NCBI GenBank assembly: GCA_035607055.1
Contig: DATNDC010000214.1
Location: 3,911-67,910 of the forward strand
Reading direction: 5' to 3'
Length of the DNA: 64,000 nt
Source of the DNA: Polyangia bacterium
GTDB lineage: Bacteria > Myxococcota_A > Polyangia > Fen-1088
This document shows positions 1 to 9,744 of the stretch, piece after piece; the first letter of the stretch is position 1; every line of letters begins with the position of its first letter. A model generated the notes under the pieces. The model did no database searches, was not told the DNA's origin, and was given only the letters and a program-made list of their open reading frames with translations. Both the position numbers and the translations under genes were made by a program.

Positions 1-738
1 GACGAACATGTTCTCTTCTGACGAGAGAATCGTGGCCAGGGACCCGCGTTCGCCGGTGCACTGCCCCTCGGCGCTGTTCCAGTCGGTCATGTCGGCGTGG
101 ACCCAATAGCAGTGGAGCAGCCCATCGGTTGGCGTCACGAACGACGCGCCGGCCGGGAACCCCGCGCAGCTCGGCGCAGGGCTCCCGCCCGTTCCGCCGC
201 CGCTCCCCGCAGCGCCGCCGGTCCCGCTGGCGCCGCCGGTCCCCGTATCGCCCCCGGTCCCCGTGGCACCGCCCGTGTCGGACGTTCCGCCCGCGCCGGT
301 CGAGCCGCCGGTGTCGACCGGCGAACCCGCCGCGCCACCGGTGCCGCTCGAACCGCCGCTGCCGGCCACGGCGCCCGCATCGATGCCGCCGGTGCCGGTC
401 GAGCCACCTGACGCATCACCGGCGGCGCCGCCAGTTTGCGCGCTCCCGCCCGTGCCGCTCGTCTGTGGCCCGCCGCCCGATCCGCCGGCCTGCTCGCCGG
501 TGCCCCCCTGGCCGACCACGGGGACTCCGCCCCCGCCGCCGGTCCCGCCCGAGCTGCCGGAAGCTCCGCCGTGCCCGGTGGTCCCTCCGGGATGACCACC
601 CGTGGCCAGCGCTCCGCCGGCCGAGCCTCCGGCAGAGGTCGACCCATCATTGCTCGCGAGCCCGGCTCGATCGACCGAGCAGGCAGTCCCGACCACCATC
701 CCCCAAGCGACGGTCGAAGCGAATACCAGGCCCGCCAT
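1..738 (-). CDS. Lipoprotein with Gly-rich low-complexity linker and C-terminal C-type lectin-like domain (partial; 3' end beyond window start)
   Basis: Hand translation of the minus strand from ATG (plus 'cat' 736-738) gives MAGLVFASTVAWGMVVGTAC (signal peptide plus lipobox-like Cys). This is followed by about 150 aa of GGxxGTGG-type repeats. The sequence then reads ...SCAGFPAGASFVTPTDGLLHCYWVHADMTDWNSAEGQCTGERGSLATILSSEENMFV, which matches the C-type lectin pattern C..G....CY.......W..A...C...G..LA.I.S..E..F. No stop occurs before position 1. The ORF track does not list this ORF because it runs off the window. Confidence 0.55.
   Translation of the reverse strand, partial: MAGLVFASTVAWGMVVGTACSVDRAGLASNDGSTSAGGSAGGALATGGHPGGTTGHGGASGSSGGTGGGGGVPVVGQGGTGEQAGGSGGGPQTSGTGGSAQTGGAAGDASGGSTGTGGIDAGAVAGSGGSSGTGGAAGSPVDTGGSTGAGGTSDTGGATGTGGDTGTGGASGTGGAAGSGGGTGGSPAPSCAGFPAGASFVTPTDGLLHCYWVHADMTDWNSAEGQCTGERGSLATILSSEENMFV
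120..600. repeat. GC-rich low-complexity coding repeat, encoding the Gly/Thr/Ser-rich linker of the lectin lipoprotein
   Basis: Reiterated ccgccggtcccg / gccgccggtgcc nucleotide units. All six frames give low-complexity Pro/Gly/Ala translations. The real frame (minus) gives GGTGGxxG repeats. Confidence 0.5.
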
Positions 739-781
739 CTTCACGCGGACCCGACGTGACATCGTTGGTAGAGTATCATGA

Positions 782-1354
782 TTGGCGATGCGTAAGTTGT
801 GGGGAGCGTTCGTGTTCGTGCTCGTTCTGGGGAGCCTCGGAGCATGTGGATATCTTTATTCCTTGCTGCGTCACGAGCAGGCCGCGCGCGCGGAGATGCA
901 GCAGCAAATCAGCGGGTTCGGTCCCCGCTTCGATCAATTCAAGGACGCCGTCCGTGACGTGGATCGCAAATTGTCGGCGACCGTGTTTCAGGAGGTCGAC
1001 CTCACGGCGACGGGCTGGCAGCCGATCGCGGGCGGGCTCTACGTGAGCGATCTCTCCGCGGTGCCGGCCGGCAAAGGGCTGCGCATCGCCGGCAAGATCA
1101 TCAACCCCACGTCGGTGACGCACGAAGGGGCGCAGCTCTCGGTCCGCTCGGGCGAGCACAAGGTGAGCTTCACGCTGGCGCATCTACCGCCGGCCGTCGC
1201 CGAGCAGTTCGAAGTGACGTTGCCCGATGTGCCGGCGGCGTCGACTCACAAGGTCTTCTTCGCGCTCGATGGGTCGACGATCAGCTTCGCGACGTCGAGC
1301 ACGCGCAAGCGCGGCGCCAGCGAGCCCGTCGACACCGACAAGGCGCTGCGCTGA
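782..1354 (+). CDS. Hypothetical membrane-anchored protein (N-terminal TM/signal anchor)
   Basis: ORF of 190 aa with a hydrophobic N-terminus (LWGAFVFVLVLGSLGACGYL). It is divergent from the lectin lipoprotein gene. No recognisable catalytic motif. Confidence 0.4.
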   Translation: MAMRKLWGAFVFVLVLGSLGACGYLYSLLRHEQAARAEMQQQISGFGPRFDQFKDAVRDVDRKLSATVFQEVDLTATGWQPIAGGLYVSDLSAVPAGKGLRIAGKIINPTSVTHEGAQLSVRSGEHKVSFTLAHLPPAVAEQFEVTLPDVPAASTHKVFFALDGSTISFATSSTRKRGASEPVDTDKALR

Positions 1355-1429
1355 CAACAGGGCCATGCGGCGGGTGACGGGCCTCCTTGCGGGGGCTGGC
1401 GTTAAAGGGCGCGCGAACCGGTTCGAGTC

Positions 1430-3676
1430 CTACGAGACGCGCGCGACCGTGTAGGCGGTCATGCTGACGATCGTGTCGACGTTGGCGTCGCGCGGTAGCA
1501 CGGTGACGGGCTTGTTGACCCCCAGGAGAATCGGGCCGATGGCGGTGGCGCCCCCCAGCGCGGCGAGCACCTTGTAGGCTGCGTTCCCGGCCGCCAGGGT
1601 GGGGAATACCAGGACGTTCGCTTCGTCGGTGAGACGCGAGAAGGGGAACAGCTCGCGCAGCTTCTCGGGATCGACGGCGATGTCAGCCTGGACCTCTCCG
1701 TCGATCTCCAGATCGGGGCGGCGCCGGCGGACGATGTCGACCGCGTCGGCCATCTTCTTCGACTCGGGGTGGGGCGCCGAACCGAAGTTGGAAAACGAGA
1801 TCATCGCGATGCGCGGCGTGACCTCGAACGCGCGGGCGGCGTCGGCCACCTGGATCGCCGTGTCGGCCAGCGTCTCGGCGTCGGGATCGATGTTGACGGT
1901 GGCGTCGGCAAAGAACTTCACGCCGTTCTTGAGGAGCATCATGTACATGCCGGTCGCGCGGCGCACGTCGGGCCGGATCCCCAGGATCTGCAGCGCGGGA
2001 CGGATGGTGTCCGGGTAGGGAGCGGTCAGGCCCGCCACCAGGCCGTCGGCGTCGCCAGCCCGGACCATCATCATGCCGAAGTGGATGCGGCGGTTGACCA
2101 GGCGCGCGGCGTTGAGGGCGGTCACCCCCTTGCGGCAGCGCAGCGCCAGGTACTCGGCGGCGTAGGCGGCGTGCTTGGGCGAGTCGGGCGGGCTCAGGAT
2201 CTCCACCCCCTCGAGGTCGAGGTCCAGCTCGGCGGCGCGCTGGCGGATCTTCCGCTCGTGCCCGAGCAGGATGGGGCGGGCGATCTGCTCGTCGAGCGCG
2301 ATCTGGCAGGCGCGCAGCACCTTGATGTTGTCGCCGTCGGGGAAGACGATCCGCTTGGGCGCGCTCTTCGCCCGCTGCACGATCTGCCGCATGATCGTGT
2401 GCTGGGTGCCGCCGATGCGGCGCTGCAGCCGTTCGCGGTACTCCTCGAGATCCAGCGTCAGGCGCGCCGCCCCCGACTTCATCGCCGCCTCGGCCACCGC
2501 CGGCGCGCACCACCAGAGGACGCGCGTGTCGAACGGCTTTGGGATGATGTAGTCGGGGCCAAAGCGAAACGCGCGCACGTCGTAGGCCTCCGCGACCGAG
2601 TCGGGGACCGGCTCGTGGGCCAGCGCCGCCAGCGCGTGCGCCGCGGCGATCTTCATCGCTTCGTTGATCTCCTTGGCGCGCACGTCGAGCGCCCCGCGGA
2701 AGACGTAGGGGAACCCCAGGACGTTGTTGACCTGATTGGGAAAGTCGCTGCGGCCGGTGGCGACGATGGCGTCCGGGCGCGCCGCTTTGGCCTCGGCGTA
2801 GCCGATCTCGGGATCGGGGTTGGCGAGCGCGAAGATCATCGGCCGCGGCGCCATCGTCTTCAGCATCTCCGCCGTGCAGAGGCCGGCCTTCGAGAGGCCG
2901 AGGAAGAGGTCGGCGCCGCGCAGCGCATCGGCGCGCGTACGGGCCCCGTCGTCCTGGCGCGCGAACCTGGCCTTCCACTGGTTCATCCCCTCCGAGCGGC
3001 CGGCGTAGATGACGCCGACCGAATCGACCATGGTGATGTTCTGCAGCGAGACGCCGAGCGCGACGTAAAAAGTGGCGCAGGCGATCGCCGACGCCCCGGC
3101 GCCGGAGACGACGATCTTGAGGTCGCCGAGCTTCTTGCCGGCGACCTCGGCGCCGTTCAGCAGCGCCGCGCCCGAGATGATCGCGGTGCCGTGCTGGTCG
3201 TCGTGAAAGACCGGGATGGCCATGCGCGCGCGGAGGCCCGCCTCGATCTCGAAGCACTCGGGCGCCTTGAGGTCCTCGAGGTTGATCCCGCCGAACGTCG
3301 GCTCGAGCGCGGCGACGGTCTCGATGAAGCGCGCCGGCTCGCGCGCGTCGACCTCCAGGTCGTAGACGTCGATGTCGGCGAACTTCTTGAAGAGGCAGGC
3401 CTTCCCCTCCATGACCGGCTTTCCCGCCAAGGGGCCGATGTTGCCGAGCCCCAGCACCGCCGTCCCGTTGGTGACGACGGCGACCAGGTTGCCGCGCGCC
3501 GTGTAGTCCCAGGCCGCCTCGGGGTTGGCGGCGATCTCCAGGCAGGGTTCGGCCACGCCCGGCGAGTACGCCAGCGAGAGATCGCGCTGTGTGACCAGCG
3601 GCTTGGTGGGGACGACCTCCAACTTTCCCGGCCGTCCCCCCCGGTGATACTCGAGCGCATCGTTCTTCCGAATCAT
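1430..3676 (-). CDS. maeB: NADP-dependent malic enzyme (malic enzyme domain plus C-terminal phosphotransacetylase-like domain)
   Basis: ORF of 748 aa. The N-terminus reads ...[78 protein letters not shown], the typical bacterial MaeB malic-enzyme signature. The C-terminal half is PTA-like. Length fits MaeB. Confidence 0.9.
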   Translation of the reverse strand: MIRKNDALEYHRGGRPGKLEVVPTKPLVTQRDLSLAYSPGVAEPCLEIAANPEAAWDYTARGNLVAVVTNGTAVLGLGNIGPLAGKPVMEGKACLFKKFADIDVYDLEVDAREPARFIETVAALEPTFGGINLEDLKAPECFEIEAGLRARMAIPVFHDDQHGTAIISGAALLNGAEVAGKKLGDLKIVVSGAGASAIACATFYVALGVSLQNITMVDSVGVIYAGRSEGMNQWKARFARQDDGARTRADALRGADLFLGLSKAGLCTAEMLKTMAPRPMIFALANPDPEIGYAEAKAARPDAIVATGRSDFPNQVNNVLGFPYVFRGALDVRAKEINEAMKIAAAHALAALAHEPVPDSVAEAYDVRAFRFGPDYIIPKPFDTRVLWWCAPAVAEAAMKSGAARLTLDLEEYRERLQRRIGGTQHTIMRQIVQRAKSAPKRIVFPDGDNIKVLRACQIALDEQIARPILLGHERKIRQRAAELDLDLEGVEILSPPDSPKHAAYAAEYLALRCRKGVTALNAARLVNRRIHFGMMMVRAGDADGLVAGLTAPYPDTIRPALQILGIRPDVRRATGMYMMLLKNGVKFFADATVNIDPDAETLADTAIQVADAARAFEVTPRIAMISFSNFGSAPHPESKKMADAVDIVRRRRPDLEIDGEVQADIAVDPEKLRELFPFSRLTDEANVLVFPTLAAGNAAYKVLAALGGATAIGPILLGVNKPVTVLPRDANVDTIVSMTAYTVARVS

Positions 3677-3725
3677 TCTTCTGTGGAACCCTAACAGGGT
3701 TCCACACCTCCCGCGATGGGCGCGC

Positions 3726-4982
3726 TCAGGCGTGCAAGTGGCGGCGTTTCGCCCGCTTCGCCTTCAGCACGTACTGATGAGTCATCGTCGCCTGCGGGGG
3801 AATGACGAAGTCGCCCAGCGTGCGGACCGGGTTGGTGATCCGATCGTCGACGCGCACCTCGAAGTGCAGGTGCGGCGGCGAGACCTTGACGCCGGTCCGG
3901 CCCACGTAGCCGATCGTCTCGCCAGCCTTGACCTCTTGCTTGTCGGACACCACGTACGACGACAGGTGCATGTAGCAGGAGACGATCCGCTTCGGCTCCG
4001 GTCGGTGCTCGATGCAGAGGTAGATGCCGCCGACGCCGAGGGTGCGGGTGGCGTAGCGGGCGATCTTGTCGGGTGGGATCGGCCCCTTGCGTGGGCGCCC
4101 GTGGCCGAGGTTCACGCCGGCGAAGATCACGGTCCCGTCGGCGATCGACCGCACCGGCTCGCCGATCGTGCCCGTGATGTCGAGCCCGCGGTGGCGCCGC
4201 GCGCCGCCGTCGCGCTCGTCGCCCGGCCCGCTGGTCGCCACGCGCGGGATCCCTTCCAGCGGCGAGACGACGGTGATCCCGATCGGTGCCAGGTGCGTGG
4301 CGTCCGGTGTCCCCAGGTAATTGGCGATCATCCGCCGCCGCGCGGTCAGGACCAGGTCCTCGTGGCCGCTCGACTTCACCTCGTCACCCCAGATGAAGTG
4401 CGAGACGCCCCCCCGGTGCGCAGCGCCGCCGAACGCCTCGTCCAGCTGCTTGTGCTTCGCGTTCCACATCTCGAGCAGCGCAGCGCCGACGGTCAGGTTG
4501 TTGACGGGATCGAGCAGCCGCCGCGAGGTGAGGTCGCCGAGGCTCACGGGCAGCTCGGGCGCGCCCGGCACGCGGTACATGGATGGATCGATGGCCAGCA
4601 GGCCGTAGAGGCCTTCTTTGTGGAACGCCGGATCGCAGTGGCCGCCGTAGTAAGCGAGGGCGGCCAGCGTGAACGGATCGCTCTTCGCCGCGGCGGCAGC
4701 GGTCAGGATCTGCCCCGCCAGGACCGCGCGCGGCGAATCGGCCGCCACCCGGCAAAGGTGCGCGTACGACGCCTGGAAGCGCGTGGGGTCGATCGGCGCC
4801 GGCACCTCGGGCTCCGCGGGCCAGGTGGCCGGATCGCGCAGCTGGTGCGCCGGTTTCGGCTCGACGCTCGGCGCGCGCGCCGGCCAGGGGTGCGCGGCGG
4901 CCGCACCCGCCCCCAGCGACGTCGCGACGACAACGGTCGCCACGCGCCGCAACAAGGCGCTAGGGGGGGGCCACGGCCTCAA
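3726..4982 (-). CDS. M23 family metallopeptidase (LytM-like), secreted
   Basis: ORF of 418 aa. N-terminal signal-like segment. C-terminal M23 motifs: ...[11 protein letters not shown]... and [29 protein letters not shown] (HxH motif). Confidence 0.8.
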   Translation of the reverse strand: MRPWPPPSALLRRVATVVVATSLGAGAAAAHPWPARAPSVEPKPAHQLRDPATWPAEPEVPAPIDPTRFQASYAHLCRVAADSPRAVLAGQILTAAAAAKSDPFTLAALAYYGGHCDPAFHKEGLYGLLAIDPSMYRVPGAPELPVSLGDLTSRRLLDPVNNLTVGAALLEMWNAKHKQLDEAFGGAAHRGGVSHFIWGDEVKSSGHEDLVLTARRRMIANYLGTPDATHLAPIGITVVSPLEGIPRVATSGPGDERDGGARRHRGLDITGTIGEPVRSIADGTVIFAGVNLGHGRPRKGPIPPDKIARYATRTLGVGGIYLCIEHRPEPKRIVSCYMHLSSYVVSDKQEVKAGETIGYVGRTGVKVSPPHLHFEVRVDDRITNPVRTLGDFVIPPQATMTHQYVLKAKRAKRRHLHA

Positions 4983-5068
4983 GGTGGCTAATATAGGCCC
5001 GATCCGGGCACCACACGGTGCAAATAAGGTTAGGGCGGTTCCCGATTATCGCGGGAGCCTCCGGGGTC

Positions 5069-5782
5069 TCACGGACCCTGGCAGGTCGTCCCCATCGGGC
5101 AGGGTGGACGGCTGGTTCCGCCGCTGCTGAGGGCGACCGCGGTCACCACGCCGCCGACCACGACGGCGCCGACGATCGTCCAGAACCACCATTTGGTGTA
5201 AATCGGCTGCGACTCGGCCGGCGCGGGCCCTGGCTGCGCCACCAGCGCTCCAGCCGGCTGCTGCGCCGGACCCGGGCCGGTCGGGTAGACGGCCGGCGGC
5301 GCGGTCGTGTACCCGGGCGGTGGCGTCCCCTCGGGTTGCGCCGGGATCGGCTGCACTGGTGCCGCGGGCCCCGGCGGGGCGGGGGTGGGGAGCGGCTGCT
5401 GCTGGCGCGCCTGCTCGTCGCGCAGCGCCTCCATCTCCTTGATGTAGCCGTTGATCTCCGCCCGCTCGTCGGCCGAGATGTTCTTCCCCTTCTGGAGGTA
5501 GTCGCGGAACGACTCGATCGCCTTGTCGGGCTGCTTGAGCTTCTGCTGGCAGCGCCCGATGTTGCGCAGGTAGACCGGGTTCAGGGTGTCGGCGTAGAGG
5601 TTGGCGTAGATCTCCAACGCTTCGTCGTAGCGCCCTGCCGCGAACGACTGGATCGCCTTCTTTTCGCTCTTGGAGCTACCGGCGGCGTGCGCGGCACCCC
5701 CGAAGGTCGAAAAAACGACCGCTAGGATCATCGCCAGAACGGCGCCCAGCGCCGTCGCCCCCCGTCTCGTCGTGGAAATCAT
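5069..5782 (-). CDS. Membrane-anchored protein with TPR-like helical region, Pro-rich linker and C-terminal TM helix
   Basis: Start chosen at MISTTRRGATALGAVLAMILAVVFS (signal/TM), since the upstream 21 codons have no features. Pro/Gln-rich segment (PLPTPAPPGPAAPVQPIPAQPEGTPPPGY), then WWFWTIVGAVVVGGVVTAVAL. Confidence 0.55.
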   Translation of the reverse strand: MISTTRRGATALGAVLAMILAVVFSTFGGAAHAAGSSKSEKKAIQSFAAGRYDEALEIYANLYADTLNPVYLRNIGRCQQKLKQPDKAIESFRDYLQKGKNISADERAEINGYIKEMEALRDEQARQQQPLPTPAPPGPAAPVQPIPAQPEGTPPPGYTTAPPAVYPTGPGPAQQPAGALVAQPGPAPAESQPIYTKWWFWTIVGAVVVGGVVTAVALSSGGTSRPPCPMGTTCQGP

Positions 5783-5872
5783 CGGCGATAAACAGTAAGG
5801 CCAGCGCGCGGTCCGAGTCAAAGCGGATGGCTGCCGCGACGCCACGCCGGATCGCGGTTACCATCCTTCGAC

Positions 5873-7774
5873 ATGGCCAACCTCGGCGACGTCGATCTGC
5901 ACCTCTTCGCCGAAGGGACCCACGCCCGGATCTACGAGCACCTCGGCGCGCACCCCACGACCCGCGATCGGAAGGCGGGCGTAGCCTTCGCCGTCTGGGC
6001 CCCCAACGCCGCGCGCGTCGCGGTCATCGGCGACTTCGAAGGGTGGGGAACGGCGCCGGTGCCGCTGGCGCTGCACGAAGGCTCGGGGATCTGGGAGGGG
6101 TTCGTCCCCGGGCTCGACAAGGGGGCTCACTACAAGTATCGGATCGACTCGCGCCACGACGGCTACCGCGTCGACAAGGCCGACCCCTACGCGTTCCGCG
6201 CCGAGCTGCCGCCGGCGACGGCGTCGATTGTCTGGGGCCTCGACTACGCCTGGGGGGACGCCGACTGGATGCGCACGCGACGAGCCAAGAACGCGCTCGA
6301 AGCGCCGCAAGCGATCTACGAGGTGCACCTCGGGTCGTGGATGCGCGTCCCCGAGGAGGAGAACCGCTGGCTCAGTTACCGGGAGCTCGCCCCCAAGCTG
6401 GCGGCGCATGTCCGGCGCTGCGGCTTCACCCACGTCGAGCTCCTGCCGATCGCCGAGCACCCGTTCTACCCGTCGTGGGGCTACCAGGTGACGGGCTTCT
6501 TCGCGCCGACGGCGCGCTACGGGACGCCGCAGGACTTCATGTATCTGGTCGACCGGCTTCATCAGGAAGGGATCGGCGTCATCCTCGACTGGACGCCGGC
6601 GCATTTCCCCACCGACGAGCACGGCCTCGTCTATTTCGACGGCACCCACCTCTACGAGCACGCCGACCCGCGCAAGGGGATGCACGCCGAGTGGGGGAGC
6701 GCGATCTTCAACTACGGGCGCAACGAGGTGCGCAGCTTCCTCATCTCCAACGCCAACTTCTGGCTCGACCGCTACCATATCGACGGGCTGCGCGTCGACG
6801 CGGTCGCCTCGATGCTCTACCTCGACTACGGCCGCCGCGGCGGCGAGTGGATCCCCAACCAGTACGGCGGCAACGAGAACCTGGAGGCGATCGACTTCAT
6901 CCGCTCCTTCAACACCGGCGTCTACCGCGAGCACCCCGACACCCAGACCGTCGCCGAGGAGTCGACCTCCTGGCCGGGGGTCTCGCGCCCGGTCTACACG
7001 GGCGGCCTCGGCTTCGGGCTCAAGTGGGACATGGGATGGATGCACGACTCGCTCGCCTACTTCGCCGGCGATCCGATCGGGCGCCGCTACCACCACCACC
7101 AGCTGACCTTCCGGAGCATGTACTTCTGGAGCGAGAACTACGTCCTGCCGCTGTCGCACGACGAGGTGGTGCACGGCAAGCGGTCGCTGCTGCAGAAGAT
7201 GCACGGCGACCTCTGGCAGCGGTTCGCCAACCTGCGCCTGCTCTACGCCTCGATGTGGGCGCAGCCGGGGAAGAAGCTGCTCTTTCAGGGCGGCGAGATC
7301 GGCCAGTACGACGAGTGGGCGCACGACCGCAGCGTCGACTGGCACCTGCTCGGCGACTCGCCTTTTCACATTCAGCTGATGTCGCTGATCATGGAGCTGA
7401 ACCGCCTCTACAAGACGGTGCCCGCGCTGCACGTCCACGACGCGGGCCTGGCCGGGTTCGAGTGGGTCGACGCCAACGACGACGACAACAGCGTCTACAC
7501 CTTCCTGCGCAAGGGCGATCCTTCGCACCCCGAGGAGGTCGTGCTGGTGGTGATGAACTGCACGCCGGTCCCCCGCCACGACTACCGCGTCGGCGTCCCC
7601 CGCGGCGGCCTCTGGCGCGAGGTCCTGAACACCGACGCCGCGGCCTTCGGCGGCAGCGGGTTGGGAAACCTCGGCACGGTGATGGCCGAGGAGCACCCCT
7701 GGCACGCGCGTCCGGTCTCGCTCCGCCTCACGCTGCCGCCGCTGGCGGCGCTCTACCTGACGCCGGCGAAGTAG
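5873..7774 (+). CDS. glgB: 1,4-alpha-glucan branching enzyme
   Basis: ORF of 633 aa: MANLGDVDLHLFAEGTHARIYEHLGAHP...VWAPNA...FTHVELLPIAEHPFYPSWGYQVTGFFAPT...DWTPAHFP... These are GH13 branching-enzyme hallmarks. Confidence 0.92.
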   Translation: MANLGDVDLHLFAEGTHARIYEHLGAHPTTRDRKAGVAFAVWAPNAARVAVIGDFEGWGTAPVPLALHEGSGIWEGFVPGLDKGAHYKYRIDSRHDGYRVDKADPYAFRAELPPATASIVWGLDYAWGDADWMRTRRAKNALEAPQAIYEVHLGSWMRVPEEENRWLSYRELAPKLAAHVRRCGFTHVELLPIAEHPFYPSWGYQVTGFFAPTARYGTPQDFMYLVDRLHQEGIGVILDWTPAHFPTDEHGLVYFDGTHLYEHADPRKGMHAEWGSAIFNYGRNEVRSFLISNANFWLDRYHIDGLRVDAVASMLYLDYGRRGGEWIPNQYGGNENLEAIDFIRSFNTGVYREHPDTQTVAEESTSWPGVSRPVYTGGLGFGLKWDMGWMHDSLAYFAGDPIGRRYHHHQLTFRSMYFWSENYVLPLSHDEVVHGKRSLLQKMHGDLWQRFANLRLLYASMWAQPGKKLLFQGGEIGQYDEWAHDRSVDWHLLGDSPFHIQLMSLIMELNRLYKTVPALHVHDAGLAGFEWVDANDDDNSVYTFLRKGDPSHPEEVVLVVMNCTPVPRHDYRVGVPRGGLWREVLNTDAAAFGGSGLGNLGTVMAEEHPWHARPVSLRLTLPPLAALYLTPAK

Positions 7775-7796
7775 CGAGGAGAGCTGGCGTGACCGG

Positions 7797-9497
7797 TCAT
7801 CGAGGGGCGGCCGCCGGCACGGTCGCATTGCGAAGGAAAATGTGAATGTCGTCGATCACCGTTGCCGCGGTGTAGTCGTTTTTCAGCATCTCTCGCACCG
7901 GCGGGCAGACCGCGACCATTCGCTCCAGATTCGCGTAGGCTATCGCCGCCGGCGCGCTGGCGGTCACGGCCCGACAGGCGATTCCGCGGGTCTTGAGCTG
8001 CATTGCTTTCAACGCTTCGAGCTCGCGCGCGTTGGGTTGGATCTCCGATTGCGGCAATAGGTCGATCGGGTCGAGCCACGGCGAATAGTAGAAGGGGCTC
8101 GCGGTACGGCGTTCTGCGTAAAAGAGAACGATCGCCCCGTTATCTCCTCTGGGGCTGACCGTATAGGCGAACACCCGGTCGTCTGGCGAGGTGTGCTTCT
8201 TGATGAACTCGCCCGCCCGCTTCTCCGGGTCGCAAAAGCGGTCGGACGTCTTTGCCCAACTTTCGCGTGCCCCGTCCCACTTGAACGGGCTGGCCTCGAG
8301 ATTCGAGAAGCTGTGATACCCGATGAGCGCCAGCACGATGGGCGCCAGGACACCGAGGATCCGATCCTGCGCGCCCTGTTCCCAAAGGTTCGCGACCAGC
8401 ACGAGGGCCAGCACGTGCGCGGTGGCGACCACCGGCACCGATTGATGCGAAAACCCCCGCGCTTGCGCGCAGTATGAGAGCCAATGCAGCAGCGGCGCGA
8501 TCACGAAGCCGACGGCGCGCCTCGGTAAGAGTTTCCAGCCCATGGCCGCGCAGCCCACGATGAGAGAGAGGACGGCGATGGTACGGACGTCACCGTCGCG
8601 GCCGAACACGAGTTTGAGCCAATTCATCCGCCAGACGAACTTGTTGCCGATGACCGGGAGGTCGACGCACCAGAGGAAGTACCCGCTGAGACTGCCGAAC
8701 AACAGCAGGGCCAGCACGACCGCCAGGACGCACGCACCCGCCCCGTAAAGCGCGGATCGGATTCGAAGCCCGCGGGTCGCCAGCGTCTCCGGCTCCCGCA
8801 CGAGGAGCGCCAGCACGCCGGTACAGGGATAGATCACGCCTGTCGGCTTGCTGAAGCACATGCTCATGAGGGCGAACCCGCCCGCGAATGCCAGGACGCG
8901 GCCGGCTCTCCCCGGGACGCCGCCGCAGACATAGAGCGCCACCATTCCCGCGCACCCGACCACCGCGTAAAACGCCTCGCGGTTCGTCGTGATGGCCCAG
9001 TTGAGCATCAGGTAGTAGGAGAGCCAGACGCCAACCGCCGCCATCATCCAGGCGACGACGCTGAGCTTCCTGGCCAGCGAGGTAAGACCTTTTCGCGGCG
9101 CGAGCATCGCGCCGATGGATGCGCTGCCTGCGATCTGCAGGACGATGTCACCGCTCCGAAGAGCGCGATCGGTCTGGCCGAAGAACACTTGGATGATCGC
9201 CTGCGTGAAATGAATGAACGGACCATCCGTCGAGCCCACATCCTTGTAGAGGCGCAGGCCGTGGCGGATGGCCCAGGCCGTGTACTGCATCATCGCCGTG
9301 TCGCCGAACAGGGGCTCGCTGAGCTCCTTCGCGAGTTGCGGAACGGCGAACGGAATCAGGACCACGGCCAAGACCGCGGGCACGATGGCGCGGCCCCAGT
9401 CCTCTCCCAGGCGGTCTCGCGCGGCGCGAACACGGGGCACCAACCAGCCACGGAAACGATCGAGCGCGCCGCGGACTTTTGTTCCGAGATTGAGCAT
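7797..9497 (-). CDS. Polytopic integral membrane protein, possible ArnT/PMT-like (GT-C) glycosyltransferase
   Basis: ORF of 566 aa with at least 10 predicted hydrophobic helices and a soluble C-terminal domain of about 150 aa. The family assignment is tentative and rests on topology only. Confidence 0.45.
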   Translation of the reverse strand: MLNLGTKVRGALDRFRGWLVPRVRAARDRLGEDWGRAIVPAVLAVVLIPFAVPQLAKELSEPLFGDTAMMQYTAWAIRHGLRLYKDVGSTDGPFIHFTQAIIQVFFGQTDRALRSGDIVLQIAGSASIGAMLAPRKGLTSLARKLSVVAWMMAAVGVWLSYYLMLNWAITTNREAFYAVVGCAGMVALYVCGGVPGRAGRVLAFAGGFALMSMCFSKPTGVIYPCTGVLALLVREPETLATRGLRIRSALYGAGACVLAVVLALLLFGSLSGYFLWCVDLPVIGNKFVWRMNWLKLVFGRDGDVRTIAVLSLIVGCAAMGWKLLPRRAVGFVIAPLLHWLSYCAQARGFSHQSVPVVATAHVLALVLVANLWEQGAQDRILGVLAPIVLALIGYHSFSNLEASPFKWDGARESWAKTSDRFCDPEKRAGEFIKKHTSPDDRVFAYTVSPRGDNGAIVLFYAERRTASPFYYSPWLDPIDLLPQSEIQPNARELEALKAMQLKTRGIACRAVTASAPAAIAYANLERMVAVCPPVREMLKNDYTAATVIDDIHIFLRNATVPAAAPR

Positions 9498-9744
9498 GAA
9501 GGCGAGGGAGCCTCTTGTCGCGCCGACTGACGCTGAAAGCTACCAGAAGATGCGCTCGGCTTGAACTCCAGCCCGATCACGATCACGAAGTCGGCGAGCC
9601 GGATTTCATTGGCTCGAGAGCGGCAACGACAGACACAATTCCCCCGGGTCGTCAGGACGAATCGTGTTGTCCGATCAACAACGATCGAACGTGATTCGAC
9701 CGTCGACGGTCATGACACGCCCGCAGCTGGGCAGGAGACCGGAT

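Noticed and set aside
100-600. Repetitive ccgccggtcccg-type nucleotide pattern as a possible CRISPR or tandem-repeat locus
   Set aside because: The units are imperfect. There is no repeat-spacer periodicity. The region is coding (the Gly-rich linker of the lectin lipoprotein).
1395-1430. GGTTCGAGTCC T-loop-like motif, suggesting a tRNA
   Set aside because: No acceptor, D or anticodon stems can be folded around it. It lies in a short GC-rich inverted repeat (gcgcgcg...cgcgcgc) between two convergent genes, more likely a transcription-stop structure.
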